Below, one piece after another: positions 62,535 to 64,000 of a stretch of DNA of 64,000 nt. Location of the stretch: the sequence record SRR22947727_1461, one strand, 5' to 3'. A program made the position numbers and the translations under genes. The notes beneath the pieces are model-generated. The model searched no databases and was not told the DNA's origin. It worked only from the letters and a program-made list of their open reading frames with translations. Numbering within the stretch: the first letter of the stretch is position 1; every line of letters begins with the position of its first letter.

Positions 62535-63203
62535 TTACTTTGTACTTTTTTTACGAAGGGCTAATATATTCTCTTTGTAATTTCCTTGACCCTTAAAAAC
62601 AGCACTGCCAGCAACAAGTGCTGTAGCTCCAGAATCGATACAAAGCTGAGCAGTGTCTGGATTTACACCGCCATCAACTTCAAGTATAATATCTCTTCCA
62701 GATGATTTAATCTTATCGGCTAGAATTCTTATCTTATTTAATTGTGAATGAATAAAACTTTGACCGCCAAATCCTGGATTAACGCTCATAACTAAAATTA
62801 AATCCAGTTCCTCAATTAATGTATCAACAACGTCTGGATGTGTTCCCGGATTTAGAACAATTCCTGCCTTTGCCCCGCCTGCTTTTATAGCCTGCAAAGT
62901 TCGGTGTGTATGAGGCCCCGCATCAGGATGTATACTTATATAATCAGCACCTGCCTTGATAAAAGGGTCAATCAAATAATCCACAGGCGAAACCATTAGA
63001 TGAACATCAAAAGGTTTACTCGTCCGCGATCTTATCGCTTTGACTACCATAGGACCTATTGTTAAATTAGGTACATAATGGCCATCCATAACATCAATAT
63101 GAATCATATCTGCGCCAGCTTCATCTATGGCTTCAATTTCTTTTCCAAGGTCTGAAAAGTCTGCAGATAATATAGATGGAGATATTAATAGTTTACGAGT
63201 CAT
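62535..63203 (-). CDS. rpe: Ribulose-phosphate 3-epimerase
   Basis: SPSILSADF, HIDVMDGHYVPN, MSVNPGFGGQ, VDGG. Confidence 0.98.
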   Translation of the reverse strand: MTRKLLISPSILSADFSDLGKEIEAIDEAGADMIHIDVMDGHYVPNLTIGPMVVKAIRSRTSKPFDVHLMVSPVDYLIDPFIKAGADYISIHPDAGPHTHRTLQAIKAGGAKAGIVLNPGTHPDVVDTLIEELDLILVMSVNPGFGGQSFIHSQLNKIRILADKIKSSGRDIILEVDGGVNPDTAQLCIDSGATALVAGSAVFKGQGNYKENILALRKKSTK

Positions 63204-63300
63204 TATTCACTATTACCAGCCCAATACCCCGTACGCAAGCAAAGTAAATATTTCCATTTATACTTCTAACTTCTTAGTAACCTAATTAACCAAGCACATT

Positions 63301-64000
63301 TCATGAACTATTCGACCTTTTCATTTTAGCTATAAAAAAACCATCCATTCCACCTTCATCTGCTAAATAATGAGGTAGTGTTCTTACAAAGCCACCCTCA
63401 AAAGCTTCAAAAGGCAAATCTAAACCATCAATGTTTTTGATAGCCTCCAAGGAGAAATGAGGATTTCTTTTTAGAAACTTATCAATCCTAGGCTTGCCTT
63501 CTGCAGATAGCAATGAACACGTTGAATAAATGAGTACGCCGCCGGGTTTTACAAAACTGGCTGACTTATTAAGTAATTGATCTTGGATTTTAATTAAATT
63601 CGAAAGATCCTTTGGTTTTCTATTATAGAGAACATCTGGATGACGTCGGAATGTACCTGTCGCTGTACATGGAGCATCTAGCAATACAGCGTCATAGAAA
63701 TTTTCATTAGAGTCCCAATCTAATGCATCTTGACATATTATATCAGCTGATAAATTTGTTCTCTTAAGGTTTTCCTTTACCCTACCAAGTCTGGATATAG
63801 ACTTATCCAGCGCTGTAACCAGAGCACCCATAGAGGCAAGTTGCATTGTTTTTCCTCCTGGTGCGGCGCACATATCTAAAACTCTTTTACCGCTTAGGGA
63901 CCCTAATAATTTTACAGGAATACTTGCTGCTATATCTTGAGCCCACCATTCACCCTCAGAGAAGCCTGCTAGCTCTGTTATATTGCCAATTTTATTAATT
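63301..64000 (-). CDS. rsmB: RsmB/NOP-family RNA m5C methyltransferase (3' part; starts beyond window)
   Basis: WWAQDIAAS...VLDMCAAPGGKT, DAPCTATG, YSTCS, DGFF. Confidence 0.9.
   Translation of the reverse strand, partial: INKIGNITELAGFSEGEWWAQDIAASIPVKLLGSLSGKRVLDMCAAPGGKTMQLASMGALVTALDKSISRLGRVKENLKRTNLSADIICQDALDWDSNENFYDAVLLDAPCTATGTFRRHPDVLYNRKPKDLSNLIKIQDQLLNKSASFVKPGGVLIYSTCSLLSAEGKPRIDKFLKRNPHFSLEAIKNIDGLDLPFEAFEGGFVRTLPHYLADEGGMDGFFIAKMKRSNSS

Noticed and set aside
1-64000. CRISPR arrays, tRNA/rRNA genes, IS elements, prophage or defence genes
   Set aside because: None recognised; all long ORFs are explained by housekeeping or metabolic families, and intergenic gaps are under 300 bp with no repeat-spacer pattern.

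Overview
AT-rich (roughly mid-30s % GC by eye), gene-dense chromosomal segment of an alphaproteobacterium. gcrA, the alpha-type fur and cobS/cobT, plus the mutS-glnD-murJ-trpS and gcrA/argD-argF synteny, suggest a streamlined marine Caulobacterales/Maricaulales-like lineage (inference). It holds about 58 CDSs, almost all core genes, including nusA (partial), rimP, trmB, lnt, corC, ybeY, phoH, miaB, fur, rimI, tsaB, nfuA, trpS, murJ, glnD, mutS, ampG, mnmC, gcrA, argD, argF, phoD, bolA, J-domain/cobS/cobT, bfr/bfd, dapF, mtaB, ftsY, ispZ, acnA, purH, rpe and rsmB (partial). I saw no rRNA, tRNA, CRISPR array, prophage or transposase. The most interesting signals are non-coding. (1) A helically phased array of NrdR-like boxes plus a DnaA-like box lies upstream of the cell-cycle regulator gcrA. 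(2) Five Fur-like boxes surround bfd-bfr, placed to repress a leaderless bfd promoter and possibly activate a separate bfr promoter. (3) There is a rimP-leader attenuator hairpin and several leaderless promoters. Protein-level oddities include the bolA/J-domain/CobS/CobT module without cobN, an SDR-ABM fusion, a DAACS transporter with NMDGT changed to NMVGT, an orphan molybdoenzyme and a C39-like lipoprotein beside ampG. All calls come from motif recognition by eye; no database searches were run.
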